The notes under the pieces were generated by a model. That model was not told the DNA's origin, did no database searches, and saw nothing but the letters and a program-made list of their open reading frames with translations. A stretch of 56,754 nt of DNA, filler included, from Basidiobolus ranarum (taxonomy: Eukaryota), in NCBI GenBank assembly GCA_040143965.1. It is 2 parts of 2 records of this genome, joined end to end, with 100 filler letters (N's around TTAATTAATTAA, not from the genome) between each part and the next. Parts side by side here need not be neighbours in the genome. Positions count along the whole stretch, not along the records: positions 1 to 28,380 come from JASJQH010000116.1; 1 more part is not named here. One strand, 5' to 3'. Position 1 is the first letter of the stretch; each line of letters begins with the position of its first letter. Shown piece after piece: positions 11,456 through 22,584 of the stretch. The position numbers were made by a program, and so were the translations under genes.

Positions 11456-12779
11456 ACGGGAGCGGGAAATTCCACAAATCCTGTACAATGAAAAATCATT
11501 AAACAAAATTGACTAATTTATTCCATTCAGTTAAATTGTGGTTTAAATGATTTCTTTCTCGATTGTTGATGTACACAGAACTATAATACTCCATGTCAAG
11601 AACTACTAATGTCTTCGGGAATATTGTACAATTGACACGATAAACAACCTTTTAGGTTAACTTTTAGATGAGATGGCGATATTACTCTGACCAATGGTTT
11701 AAATATTACAATAGCCATAACATGATAGCACCCATATGTAGCATCTTACTTATCAAGTAAACTATTCCATCATTGTTTATGAAGCCTATGCCCATACAAA
11801 GCCAAAGTCGGCCTATATCATCTCAGATCAACTAAGTTGTGCATAAGGTCCATGTGAACGATGATATTTTTCAAAGAAATGACAAGTGAGCAAATATCCA
11901 AACAAGTGAAAATGTTTTCAGCCATGTTTATGCTCCCTAGTCAAGGTGTTCAGGAGTTTCACAGCCCTATGGCCACACAGAATGTGGTTACTTCATCATG
12001 CAAAACCCTGTAGTGCGACTACTACTGGGTACTAGTTTTCTCAAGACTTTCATTTGTATTTGCTATATCTACCAATAATGCGAATCCTACTTGTTTCCTG
12101 TTTACACTTGTGAAGTTTTACAATGAAAAAAAGAACCACAAAAGTGAACACGAAGAGACAATCGTGGAATATATCCGAGCAATGATATCAATCAACATTC
12201 CTTAATAACCCCAAAATCAACTATAGCACTATTATTTAAGATGATCACCAATACTTCGCCAATGAAAAGCTAGGCTGTACTCCAAATGCCCACATTGCAC
12301 GATGTCATCAGTACAAAAACAGGTTCATGGGGATCTGAGCCAGTTTTTAGATGTCCTCCAGTACTGCTTGTAACACGAGTCACATTTCATCTGCCTAATT
12401 CATCTTTCATGAAACGTATGTTCTGCACACATATTGCTCTGGAATCTTGTAGTCTCACCTACACTCAGAATAGTGTGACTTGATTTCATATATTCTACTC
12501 TATTGCCAATCATATAATATACTATATTGACCATCAGGTACTAACAACACCGTAAAGCCACCAATTTGTCCCAATGAGCATCATTTATTACTTGTACACA
12601 CAAATGTATCTCAGAACACACAACTTCACTTATAGGCATTAAAGTTACCCCAAAAACCCCGACCTCGTGCGAGGCATCAACAAGCCCTAAGACTCAGTCC
12701 AAGACTCCACGCACATTCTTAAATAGAGAAAGTTCTGGTGATCAAATTGAACTTCTTAATACATTCTTTGTTTTAAGCA

Positions 12780-14354
12780 ATGCACTCCCTCAAAGCCCTT
12801 ACCCTTTTGGGTACACTATGCTTCTCGGTGCTAGCCAATGCTCATAATACTCCGTTCAAGATTGAGGAAGCCTCTATCCGTGACATTCAAGCTGCTTTTG
12901 ATAAAAAAACTCTTACATCTCGTCAATTAGTGGAATGGTACGTCAACCGTATCCACGAGCATGATCACCACTACAATTCTGTCTCGGAGATCAACCCTGA
13001 TATCTTCAAACTTGCCAGTAAAGCCGATGCTGAACGTAAGGCTGGCAAAAAGAGAGGTCCTCTTCATGGTATCCCCATTTTACTGAAGGATAATATTGCT
13101 ACTGGAGATAAGATGCATAATACTGCTGGTTCTTTGGCATTATATAGTGACGCATGTAAGCCAACCAGGGATTCCACCATTGCCTCGAAGCTTCGCAAAG
13201 CTGGTGCTCTTATACTTGGTAAGGCATGTATGTCAGAATGGGCCAATTTCCGTACAAGTGATGGCTCAGGTGCTGAATATAAAGACGCTGATGGCTGGAG
13301 TGGTCGCTGCGGTCAAACTCGCAATGCTTATAACATCACTCGCTCACCCTCTGGATCCAGTGGTGGACCTGCAGTTGCGGTTGCATTAAATTTTGTAACT
13401 GCTTCTATAGGTACTGATACTGATTGCTCAATCACCGCCCCTGCCGCTATCCATGGTCTTGTCGGTATTCGCCCTACAGTTGGTTTGATCTCTCGTGACA
13501 TGGTTATTCCAATCGCACATTCACAGGATACTCCAGGACCTATGGCGAAGTCAGTCACTGACGCAGCTATCATGATGGAAGTTCTTGCTGGACAAGATTC
13601 TCGCGATCCTTTAACCAACATGCCACCTGTTCCCAAAAAACCAGTCAAATATACGAATTATTTGAAGAAGAATGGCCTACGAGGTGCTCGTATCGGTATC
13701 CCTCGTCATGTATTTTGGGAGAAATGGAATCGACCTGAAGAAAAGGCCGTAGCTGAACAAGCCATCCAAAAGCTTAAAGAATTGGGAGCAACCATTGTTG
13801 ATCCTGCTGATATTCTCACCATTGATCGTATCAGTGATATGAGTTACGGTTTAGGTGGTTTGGAATATACTTTACTTTATTATGAATTCAAACAAGATAT
13901 TCAAGCTTATCTCGCCAAATTGAAGAAGCAATGCCCAATGAAATCCCTTTCTGACTTGATTCAATACAACAAAGATCACGCCGATGTAGAAATGCCACTT
14001 TTCAAACAAGAGGTATTCGAGATATCACAAAACACCACCAACTTGAACGATCCTTTCTATCAGAAGACCTTACGACTTGTCCGTAAATTAAGCGGCTCTC
14101 AAGGTATTGATGCTGCATTCCGTAAGTACAAGTTGGATGCCATGTTCGTCCCAGTTGACTGGGCATTCTTCCCACCTCAACCTCTTGCTATGGCCGGTTA
14201 TCCACAGATCAATGTTCCCATTGGGACGGATGATGAGGGAGTTCCTTTTGCCGTTAGTTTCTATGCTCCTGCCTATAGCGAGCATAAATTGATCCAATAT
14301 GCTTATGCTCTGGAGCAAGCTACCAAGGCTCGTAGACCTCCTACACTCTTATAA
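12780..14354 (+). CDS. Secreted amidase-signature family enzyme, intronless
   Basis: N-terminal signal peptide; GPLHGIPILLKDN (Lys), SPSGSSGG (cis-Ser), GTDTDCSI (nucleophile Ser), GIRPTVG and QDTPGPM. Confidence 0.93.
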   Translation: MHSLKALTLLGTLCFSVLANAHNTPFKIEEASIRDIQAAFDKKTLTSRQLVEWYVNRIHEHDHHYNSVSEINPDIFKLASKADAERKAGKKRGPLHGIPILLKDNIATGDKMHNTAGSLALYSDACKPTRDSTIASKLRKAGALILGKACMSEWANFRTSDGSGAEYKDADGWSGRCGQTRNAYNITRSPSGSSGGPAVAVALNFVTASIGTDTDCSITAPAAIHGLVGIRPTVGLISRDMVIPIAHSQDTPGPMAKSVTDAAIMMEVLAGQDSRDPLTNMPPVPKKPVKYTNYLKKNGLRGARIGIPRHVFWEKWNRPEEKAVAEQAIQKLKELGATIVDPADILTIDRISDMSYGLGGLEYTLLYYEFKQDIQAYLAKLKKQCPMKSLSDLIQYNKDHADVEMPLFKQEVFEISQNTTNLNDPFYQKTLRLVRKLSGSQGIDAAFRKYKLDAMFVPVDWAFFPPQPLAMAGYPQINVPIGTDDEGVPFAVSFYAPAYSEHKLIQYAYALEQATKARRPPTLL

Positions 14355-14542
14355 TCTATAGTTAACTAGATACATCCCCTTATTGGCTATAATTAATAAA
14401 ACAAGATTTATTCGGAAATTGTGGAAGTGTGACATAGTATAAATACTCGGCTATTACCATTGGACATTATATGATTAGATGAAACTATACACTGGGGTTC
14501 ATAGGATGAATGATTGAATACCATTGGCTATTAGTTTAATGA

Positions 14543-16198
14543 TTATAAGTGTTGGATGTAACGTCTTGCTGCTGAGGGTCCCAGATGCTCATCATCGGAT
14601 ATGGATTGACTACCGGAACTTAATGGCGGATGAGACGAACTCTTCGAAGGACCATCGAATTTGTGGGGTTGTGGAGGAGAAGAGGTAGGGGAATGGTCCT
14701 CTTTGTCTACCAGCACGTGCCAGCTTTGACGCGAAGCCGAGGGTACAGTATGTGAAATGATTTGTGAGTTCATTGGCTTGCGAGGTCTATAGAGAACTCT
14801 ATTTACAAACCAGTACATAAATCCAGATTGATTGGGTGTTGGTTTGATTGGACTGGCGCCGGTTTCCACTGATAAATTGGTCATTTGAAAGCTAGCTGGT
14901 TGTGCATATTTTTCAATGAGGTCTCGACGAATGCGGTCCAAGGCACTATAAAGAGATGGATCCACTAAGAACGCGATAAAGTTGAGAATACCTGGGCTAT
15001 CAGTTGCTAAAGCGTTCAATATGTGGTTAGTTAAGAGCCGCGAACCTAGGGCTAGATCAGAACTTACCGATATTTCCAAAGAGTGAGAGCCATTTGTTGA
15101 TTTCACCATGGGTATGCATGTAAGCCTCACCTAGTAAGTTCAAATCAAGGTTAAGAATATAAAAAGTAAGGAAGCGGCATAAAAGGAAACCACGCTTACT
15201 TGCAATAAAAGGGGTTTGTGTGATGAACGGAATAAATGGATATAGCACAATTCTAGCGAGAACTCGATTAATCGCACGCTGTGTATTCCTCTGAATGGAT
15301 GTGATCTTGCCAGAACCACTGGAGCCAATATGCTTACGAAGTTTTCGATTGGTAATCACGATCTTCCTGATCACCAATCCAACCACGATGTTACAGTAAA
15401 TGATCACCACCACTGCTGGCCCAAGATACGTGACCTAAAAGAATTCTGCGTCAGTAGCTGGATGACGATGATGCTGATACGACTCTTAGTCATCCTTACC
15501 CATTCCCAGATGATTGTAGAGGATTGCGCACTATCACGATACCAGCACATTGCCTGAGCTTGGTCCCATCCAAATCTACCAGCGATGAGAGGAATGCAAG
15601 AGAGAATCAATGCCAGAACTATTGATCCACCATAATACAAGTACCGCTCCATCCACGGGAAGAATCTTCTCTCCTGAAGGACCACCCATTGCAGATTGAA
15701 GGCAACCGCTGCTGATAAGAAAAGATACAAATCTGCCGAAAAGATGATCATCCACGCGCTGCCAACACATACGTTGTGAGGAGCTTTTCAATGAAGAGAA
15801 AAGGAGAAGTTCGTAGAGAAATTAGTCACTATCCGCATCAATGTTGATATTCATTTCCACTTACTACTTTCGGTCATATAGGTATAAGCTAGAACTATGG
15901 CAGCTCTTAGTGCGTCTATTAATGATATCACTGCATTTAACCGTAAGCTTACTCGGTCCATTAAACGGGGATCATAAAGCCACAGCCCAAATGTGACTGC
16001 AACGACAAACAGACCACCCAGGATCGAAAGAATATTGAGTGTAGCTAAAGTGAACAGTGGAAGTATTAGTGGTTTTCTTCTTCAACGTTGGGTCGATCAG
16101 TACTCACTGTTGACGATGATATTAGCTTCACTGAAAGCCGTGTCGCCAATACTCAGGTTTCCGCCCGTAGGATCCGCTGCCCAATTCGAAAAGGACAT
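14543..16198 (-). CDS. Multi-exon 7TM receptor-like protein (cAMP-receptor/Git3-like GPCR)
   Basis: Spliced reading MSFSNW...DRVSLRL...AFNLQWVVL...CWY...RIVLYPFIPFITQ...GILNFIAFLVDP, with GT-AG introns and hydrophobic segments. Exon boundaries are approximate. Confidence 0.78.
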
Positions 16199-17534
16199 GG
16201 GTGGGTGAAATGAAGGGAAGTGAAGAAAGAGATTTAGTAAGAAATAAAGCTGTACAGTCTACGAAAGTGCCAGAAAGAGGTTGATGGGTGAATGAAGCCA
16301 GATATATGCAAGCTTTTCTGCTCTACATTGGCGCTGATAGGTGAGCAAGAATTTATTGGTTTTCTAATCAGATGTTACTTAAAATAGAGTGCCCTTACTG
16401 TTTGGTTGAATTTTATGATGTGACCATTCGAATCTGGAAATTACCGGAGACCAACTATTCGTAGCTATTCATTACCTTAACTTGCTAACCATACGATCGA
16501 AATAACCTGCAGCGATGGACATAAAAAACCGTGCAGTAAAAGATATTCTGGCAAATCCAATTTGTACTGGACGATACGAGTGTGACCACGCATGAAACTC
16601 AACAGTGAGACCCAATCTTCATTCATATTACTTAAGCAAGCGTGACTATCTCTTGGATCTGATTTGGACGGTGTGCTGGTCAATAATGGTACGCCTCAAT
16701 GCAAGATACTGCCCTTACATGACAGAGGTAGAAAACTTTGCAAGTGCTACAAATATAGATTTGTGGACACAACGTCTGATTTAGTTGTCGAAGATTGGCC
16801 CTTCAGTTGACAACGGATTGTCTGTACACAGCCTAGATATGTGTCTTGATAAGGTGCAGGGTTGTCTTAGTTTGGTTTTTCTTTTTCGGAAAAATAGTCT
16901 AAATGGCCTCTATAAATGGTAAGTCAATTGATATTCATATAGCTAAATAGCTTGTTTGTCCTGATCAAACATAAGGGCAAGGGAGGGTTTCGTATCTCGT
17001 GTGATGTGAATCTTGATATTACTAGTGTGCAAGATTGAATTAACGGTAATGGTGACCATAATCGTAACCGTAACCGTAACATAAATAAAAATTAGCATAA
17101 ACTAGCGATAGTGATTAAAATTCATGTTACCTAACCTTGGATAAACTGATGGTAACGGTAACTGTAACGTGACAGTATAGACTAGCTCAAGCTTATGTAA
17201 CCTCAAGTACATTCAACTCGACCTACGTTTCTCCTTCATACAATAGTTGTTCGGCAACATAATCTCTAATACCCTTTAGTCCACGAAATTCCAGATGTTC
17301 TGAATCCCTTACCACGATCTGAGAAATACGTTTCTAACTGAGATTCTTCCATACACCCAAATACGACCAAATTGCCGTATGCAGTTCACACATCTAATCC
17401 TTGTCTTCAGACCCACTGGCTTGGGTTAAATATCCATTTTGGTTGCGTCTTGGGGCCGTACCTAGAATTGTGCATATCACCAAATTGCACGTCAGACGTG
17501 TAATGGTAGTGGATCTTCAGGGGAGATGATCTAA

Positions 17535-20002
17535 ATGGGATACACGCCGCTACTCCACATGCATCAAATACCTGTGGAAGTGGGAGCGGATGTGGTGCGT
17601 CGTGTAGGAGGTACCGAGTCGTTCACTAATTCACTGGGATCCTCGAAGAATCTAGGGTTAACCAACATAATACTCTCTTTTCCCACTATCTGTGGTTTAC
17701 AGCTCTATTGAAGCTCTGTATTATTGCAGGAGAAGGGCTTCTTCATATGCAATGGTAATATGCAATAAAATGAAGTTCATCTAGGGTTCATTCTAGCATC
17801 ATACTATTACGAGAGATAAAGCTAATTTAGCATGGACGGAATAGGAGGTTGAATGAAGACGAGGTGTTCATTGGAAGAAACATTCAAAAGCCCCAACCAA
17901 CATCCTCGAAACCTTATCAAATGGAAGTATACTCACTGGATTCCTGTCCTATCGTCCCCGATCCTTGGTCATGGCTCTTCTCTTGTCACTTCACCCCGCA
18001 TTAGCTCCGTAAGTCTACTACCTGGATGGTAAAATATAAAACTCGGCTGGATTCCCTCATTTGAGAATGATCTTCATTGAACTCGCAAATAGTCGAAATC
18101 TCACCATATAAAGGTATTTCTCCAAGTTTTATTGTTTATTCTGACAACCATTCAGATCTTCTATCACAAATCATTAATTCTACTCATCTTTAGATTGTCA
18201 GTACGTCGTTTGATAACATGCAATCCAAAGATCCCTTTCTCTCGTTCGTCGGTAAGACAAGTTGACTACTAGTTAGCAATGAACCAAGTGTTTAACGATA
18301 TGCTTGGAGAATTTAGACTTTGCAAATGGTAGAGGAAAGGGGAGTATGACACGATGCAAGACACCCGATAATGCTGATACTAGAATTAAGGTATATATTT
18401 TGGACATTCATGTAAACCATACTTTAACCACAGTGTAATAATATAACCTTCACTCTATAGATTTATGATCATTCTACTCACATGAATTCTCTACATCCAC
18501 AACACTCAACATATATTAACGAAGGATTTGAACCAGAGTCTATCGAGGTATATATCTGTGTTTATATTCAGTTTTACCCCTCAACGTTAGTCCGTACTTA
18601 TTTCATTGAATAGCATCTTAAATACAAGGTAAACAAAGAGAAAATCTTGAGGAAATATTGGAAATTAAGACACCCGGTATTGTTTTACCCTCACACTTGT
18701 AGGTTCAACATTATGAAGCGCAAGTTATGGAAGCACAAAAAACCATCAGCGCTCAAATGGAATTGGTAAGGGTTCACCTCGAGTTTTCAATGGGAAACTC
18801 TCCCCCCTTCCCCACCTGTAATTTACATCCATATACTGAAAAATAGATGAACGCGACGACCAATCAACTACTCGCTAAAGAGCAAGAGTTCAATGAACTT
18901 AAAGCTGACTGGCAAAAGCAAGTAAGTAAATGTTCTATCTAAACTTCATCCTTCCCCTTTCTCTCTTCCCCCCTCTCCTTCCAAGAGTGAATCCATCAGA
19001 TATTCAAGTTTATTTGGAAAGTTGATGCAATCCCAAACAGAAGGAGCAGCGAAAGATCTCCAAATCAAAGAATTGGAACGTCAAGTGAGTAAATTTTTCA
19101 ACCGATAATCCTTAATCTCTACCTAACACCCCAATCTAAACTCAACATTTCCAATGTTATTCTCATTTATAACCTCAAAAACTATTTTCAAAGTTGGCCG
19201 ATATTTATGCACAATTAGCTATCTCTACTGGTCGTTCAATCACAGATATATTAAAGATATCAAGTGAGAATCAATTTGTTGATCTCAAGTCACATAAGCG
19301 TGCAAAAACGGTAATGATGATATGAAAGTAGTTTTGATGTAATTCAGGTGAAATAACTCCTCTATCTAGGAGCCTATCACTTATCACCTGACCAATGGAG
19401 TTTTGTCTAGAATAAGAAGCTCTAGTTCACCCACGCCCACATCTACTACTGCTAACCATACTTCCAAGAGGCAATGTAATTATTCTAAATGGACCTCGGA
19501 AGAAGACAATCTACTCAAATATGCAGTTACACTTCATGGAGTTCATAAGTGGTCAGTGGTGGCAACTCATGTTCCAAATCGTACTCCTATGCAATGTTCC
19601 GCACGTTGGTTAGGCGCCTTAAATACGAGTGTTGTTAAAGGTCGTTGGACATCTGAAGAGGATAAGTTATTAAGTGAAGCGGTACATGAATATGTGGTGG
19701 ATGAAAAATACGAGAATTTAGCGGTGATTGTGCCATGGAACAAAATAGCTTTAGTAATACCAAATCGTACGGGTATTCAATGTCAAGCTAGATGGACGGA
19801 AGCTTTAGACCCCACTGTACGAAAGGGACGTTGGACTTTGGAAGAGGACGAACAATTATGTATCGGAGTAAAGAAATATGGTAGATGTTGGATTCGTATT
19901 GCTCAGGGAATTCCTGGACGTACACAACGTCAATGCCGTACACGTTGGGTACAAGTCAAAGAGAAGGCAGGGTTTACAATGGATAGTAATCCTGAATCCT
20001 GA
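17535..20002 (+). CDS. Multi-exon Myb transcription factor with three C-terminal Myb repeats
   Basis: The last exon encodes three W-T-x-E-E-D...W...R-T-x-x-Q-C-x-x-R-W repeats. The first upstream exons join in frame (MGYTPLLHMHQIP...RRASSYAM|HGRNRR). The start is tentative. Confidence 0.8.
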
Positions 20003-20604
20003 AATGCTTTGAGATATTTTCATTCTATTCTTACTTATTTTGATGTAGACAATAAAATATAGACATGTATATTCAAGAAAATAGAGCCAAATCTTGGATT
20101 AACCCCTTCACTATCATATTAAGGTACTTCCTTGGCAGGGACAGGCCACGTTGAAGTGATCAAAAATTTATGTGAATAAAAGTAAAAGATATATATTGAA
20201 CACCAATTTCAAAAGAACAAAGCAAAGCAAATATGGCTATGAATTGTAAGTAAACTGATAGACTATAAATGGGTACTAAAGAGGAATAAATCGTAGTTGC
20301 GATAATAACTATACATGTAGATAAGATGATGTAACGATAGCCAAAACTGAAATTTCTGCTAATAAATAAAAAATGTACAATACTATTGATGTTAACAAAT
20401 AATCTGCGCAAAATTAAAGGACACGCTAATGAAAATCCTGTTTTCAATCCAAGGTGGTGACTAATAGGTATGTAGGTTGGACGAGTATGCTGCCATCCTT
20501 TCTGCAGATATGATATCTCATATAGCAAAAGAACACGATCAGGCAACTTCTATAAAATTACGGATGGAGAGCAAACAGAGGTATAAAGAGGGCAAAGGAC
20601 TATT

Positions 20605-21261
20605 TTAAACACGGTGGGCAACCTCGGCACTTGTATGCATTGTACTTAAAGTGAGTTTAGCTTGGAGTTCCTGAACTTCCCGGTGTAAACGATCGTTATC
20701 ATCTTCAAGTTTTTGTACTTTTTCCTCTAATTCAGAGACATAGAGCTTTTTCTTTTTGCGACATTCCTTTGCTGCTTCTCTATTACGAATAAGTCGGCGT
20801 TGTCTTCTTTCCTCATCGGTCAGACCTTTCATTGAGCCTTGAGTACTATACGGTCCGCGGTTACCACTATCCGGTGGTGAAGAAGGTAAGCTAGTAGAAG
20901 GGGAAACGCTTCTAGTGTCGAGATTCGAGTTTTCGTGATGGCTATCATTAGGTGAATCAGAATGGCTAGAAAGAGAAGCCACAAGAGAGGCAGCGGCAAC
21001 TAGTTGCTCAGCCGCTTGAGCAAAGTGTAAACGGTCAGCGCAAGACTCAGTCTCGGAGGAAAAGGCTGACGGTGGTGAGGCCGAAGGATCGTATATAGAG
21101 CTGTAGGAAGAGTTGTTGGTATTATTGTTCGGAGCTTTTCGCTTTCGAGAAGCTACTTTGCGTATCGCTAAGAAATCAGGAGAAGCCTGACGTCCTATAT
21201 CAGAAGGAAGAGAAACGCTTTGGGAGATCGCTTGCATGTTTTCGGAAACAGCTATCGACAT
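20605..21261 (-). CDS. bZIP transcription factor with a CREB/ATF-type basic region
   Basis: RRQRRLIRNREAAKECRKKKKLYVSELEEKVQKLEDDNDRLHREVQEL; first ATG at 21261. Confidence 0.88.
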   Translation of the reverse strand: MSIAVSENMQAISQSVSLPSDIGRQASPDFLAIRKVASRKRKAPNNNTNNSSYSSIYDPSASPPSAFSSETESCADRLHFAQAAEQLVAAASLVASLSSHSDSPNDSHHENSNLDTRSVSPSTSLPSSPPDSGNRGPYSTQGSMKGLTDEERRQRRLIRNREAAKECRKKKKLYVSELEEKVQKLEDDNDRLHREVQELQAKLTLSTMHTSAEVAHRV

Positions 21262-22584
21262 GGTTTGGGTTGTGTATGTTGCAAGCACTGACAGTTAACA
21301 CGTAGTCGTTCTAAACAATATTTAGCTGGGGATGAATAATAGGAATAGAGATGTTGAAGATGATTCCAGGAGCGAGTCACGCCTTATATTTAGATCCAGA
21401 CCAGTCAAGGTGATTTTTTTCATCCAACCTAATAAGTCCATTTACAGATCCAATTTTGACGTAGAAATCAATGCACTTTTCAGTTGAACGTCATAATTTT
21501 GCATATCAAAATCTGCATCGCGTTTTGGGACCGCACACCTAAATCATCGCATTTCCAAATATGATAAGTTTTTTTTTTCTATCGTTACAGAAGGTAGAGC
21601 CAATTAGACCAACAAAATGGCAAGTGCATTAAAGTTTGTACAACTATGGAGTTGACACCAACGCAGGAGCCCTCCCATGCGACCGTCATTCTGAAGCTCA
21701 TTTTCCCTGCCAATGGACTGACATTTGGATGATTTTCCCCCCAAAAATAATCAATTCCTAATTTGGCGTGGTTCTTTCCGTAGACTTTCGGTGTCTTCCT
21801 GCGAATATAGAGCTCATAATGATTTGAAAAGGCATTTGCTAGTTCTGCCTACGTACTCCACATCATTCGTCTGTTACATTCAAGTTCGTGTCTTTATGTG
21901 GTGATGGGACTATACGCTTGAGCATATGTATGAGGGCTGTGCTACAGTCGAGGAGAGAAAAGACTGTCACACCACGACGATTGCCATTTAGCATATTTAG
22001 GGAAGATTTCGACAGTCCATTGGTTATTAATATCCCGACCAACCCCACAGCTTGGGTGGAGAAAAAGAGCAGAGCAATCAATCGGTAGTCCATTGGTAAT
22101 TCTCCGCTTATTGGATCTCATTGCACCATTAAAAGACACATGGAATTGTTCTTTTTTTTACATACAAATGTAATGTAGCCTAGTAGATGTCGTTGGAAAA
22201 GTCTTCTTATTTGGAATCATCGTTATTTCGAAACAAACCATCCATATTTATGATGTATGAGCAGAGCGTTCTCTTGGAATTGATGTATTCTAGGAGAAAG
22301 ATGTTGCGTTGTGGCTTCAAAATTTTTATTAAATATAGAGAAATCAGTTTGTTAGTGATATTCAATGGACAAGAAAAGTAAGGGTGGGGTTCTGTTTCTA
22401 TATTATAGTGTTCAGAAGAGTTCAAGTTTGTTGGTCAAGTGTTAAATAGGAGGAATTTTATGAGACAATATATGTTGCATCATCTACATTTCTGGTATTG
22501 GGTTTCATACCTGGCTTTGAATTGACCGAAGGTGATAGCTTGGGGATCAACTGAAGGCGAGTTTCTATACGAAGCTATTCTAGT

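Noticed and set aside
11850-12080. QPYGHTECGYFIM (Ulp1-like) and MTSEQI (deacetylase-like) fragments
   Set aside because: They are short, in different frames and ambiguous, so no family can be supported.
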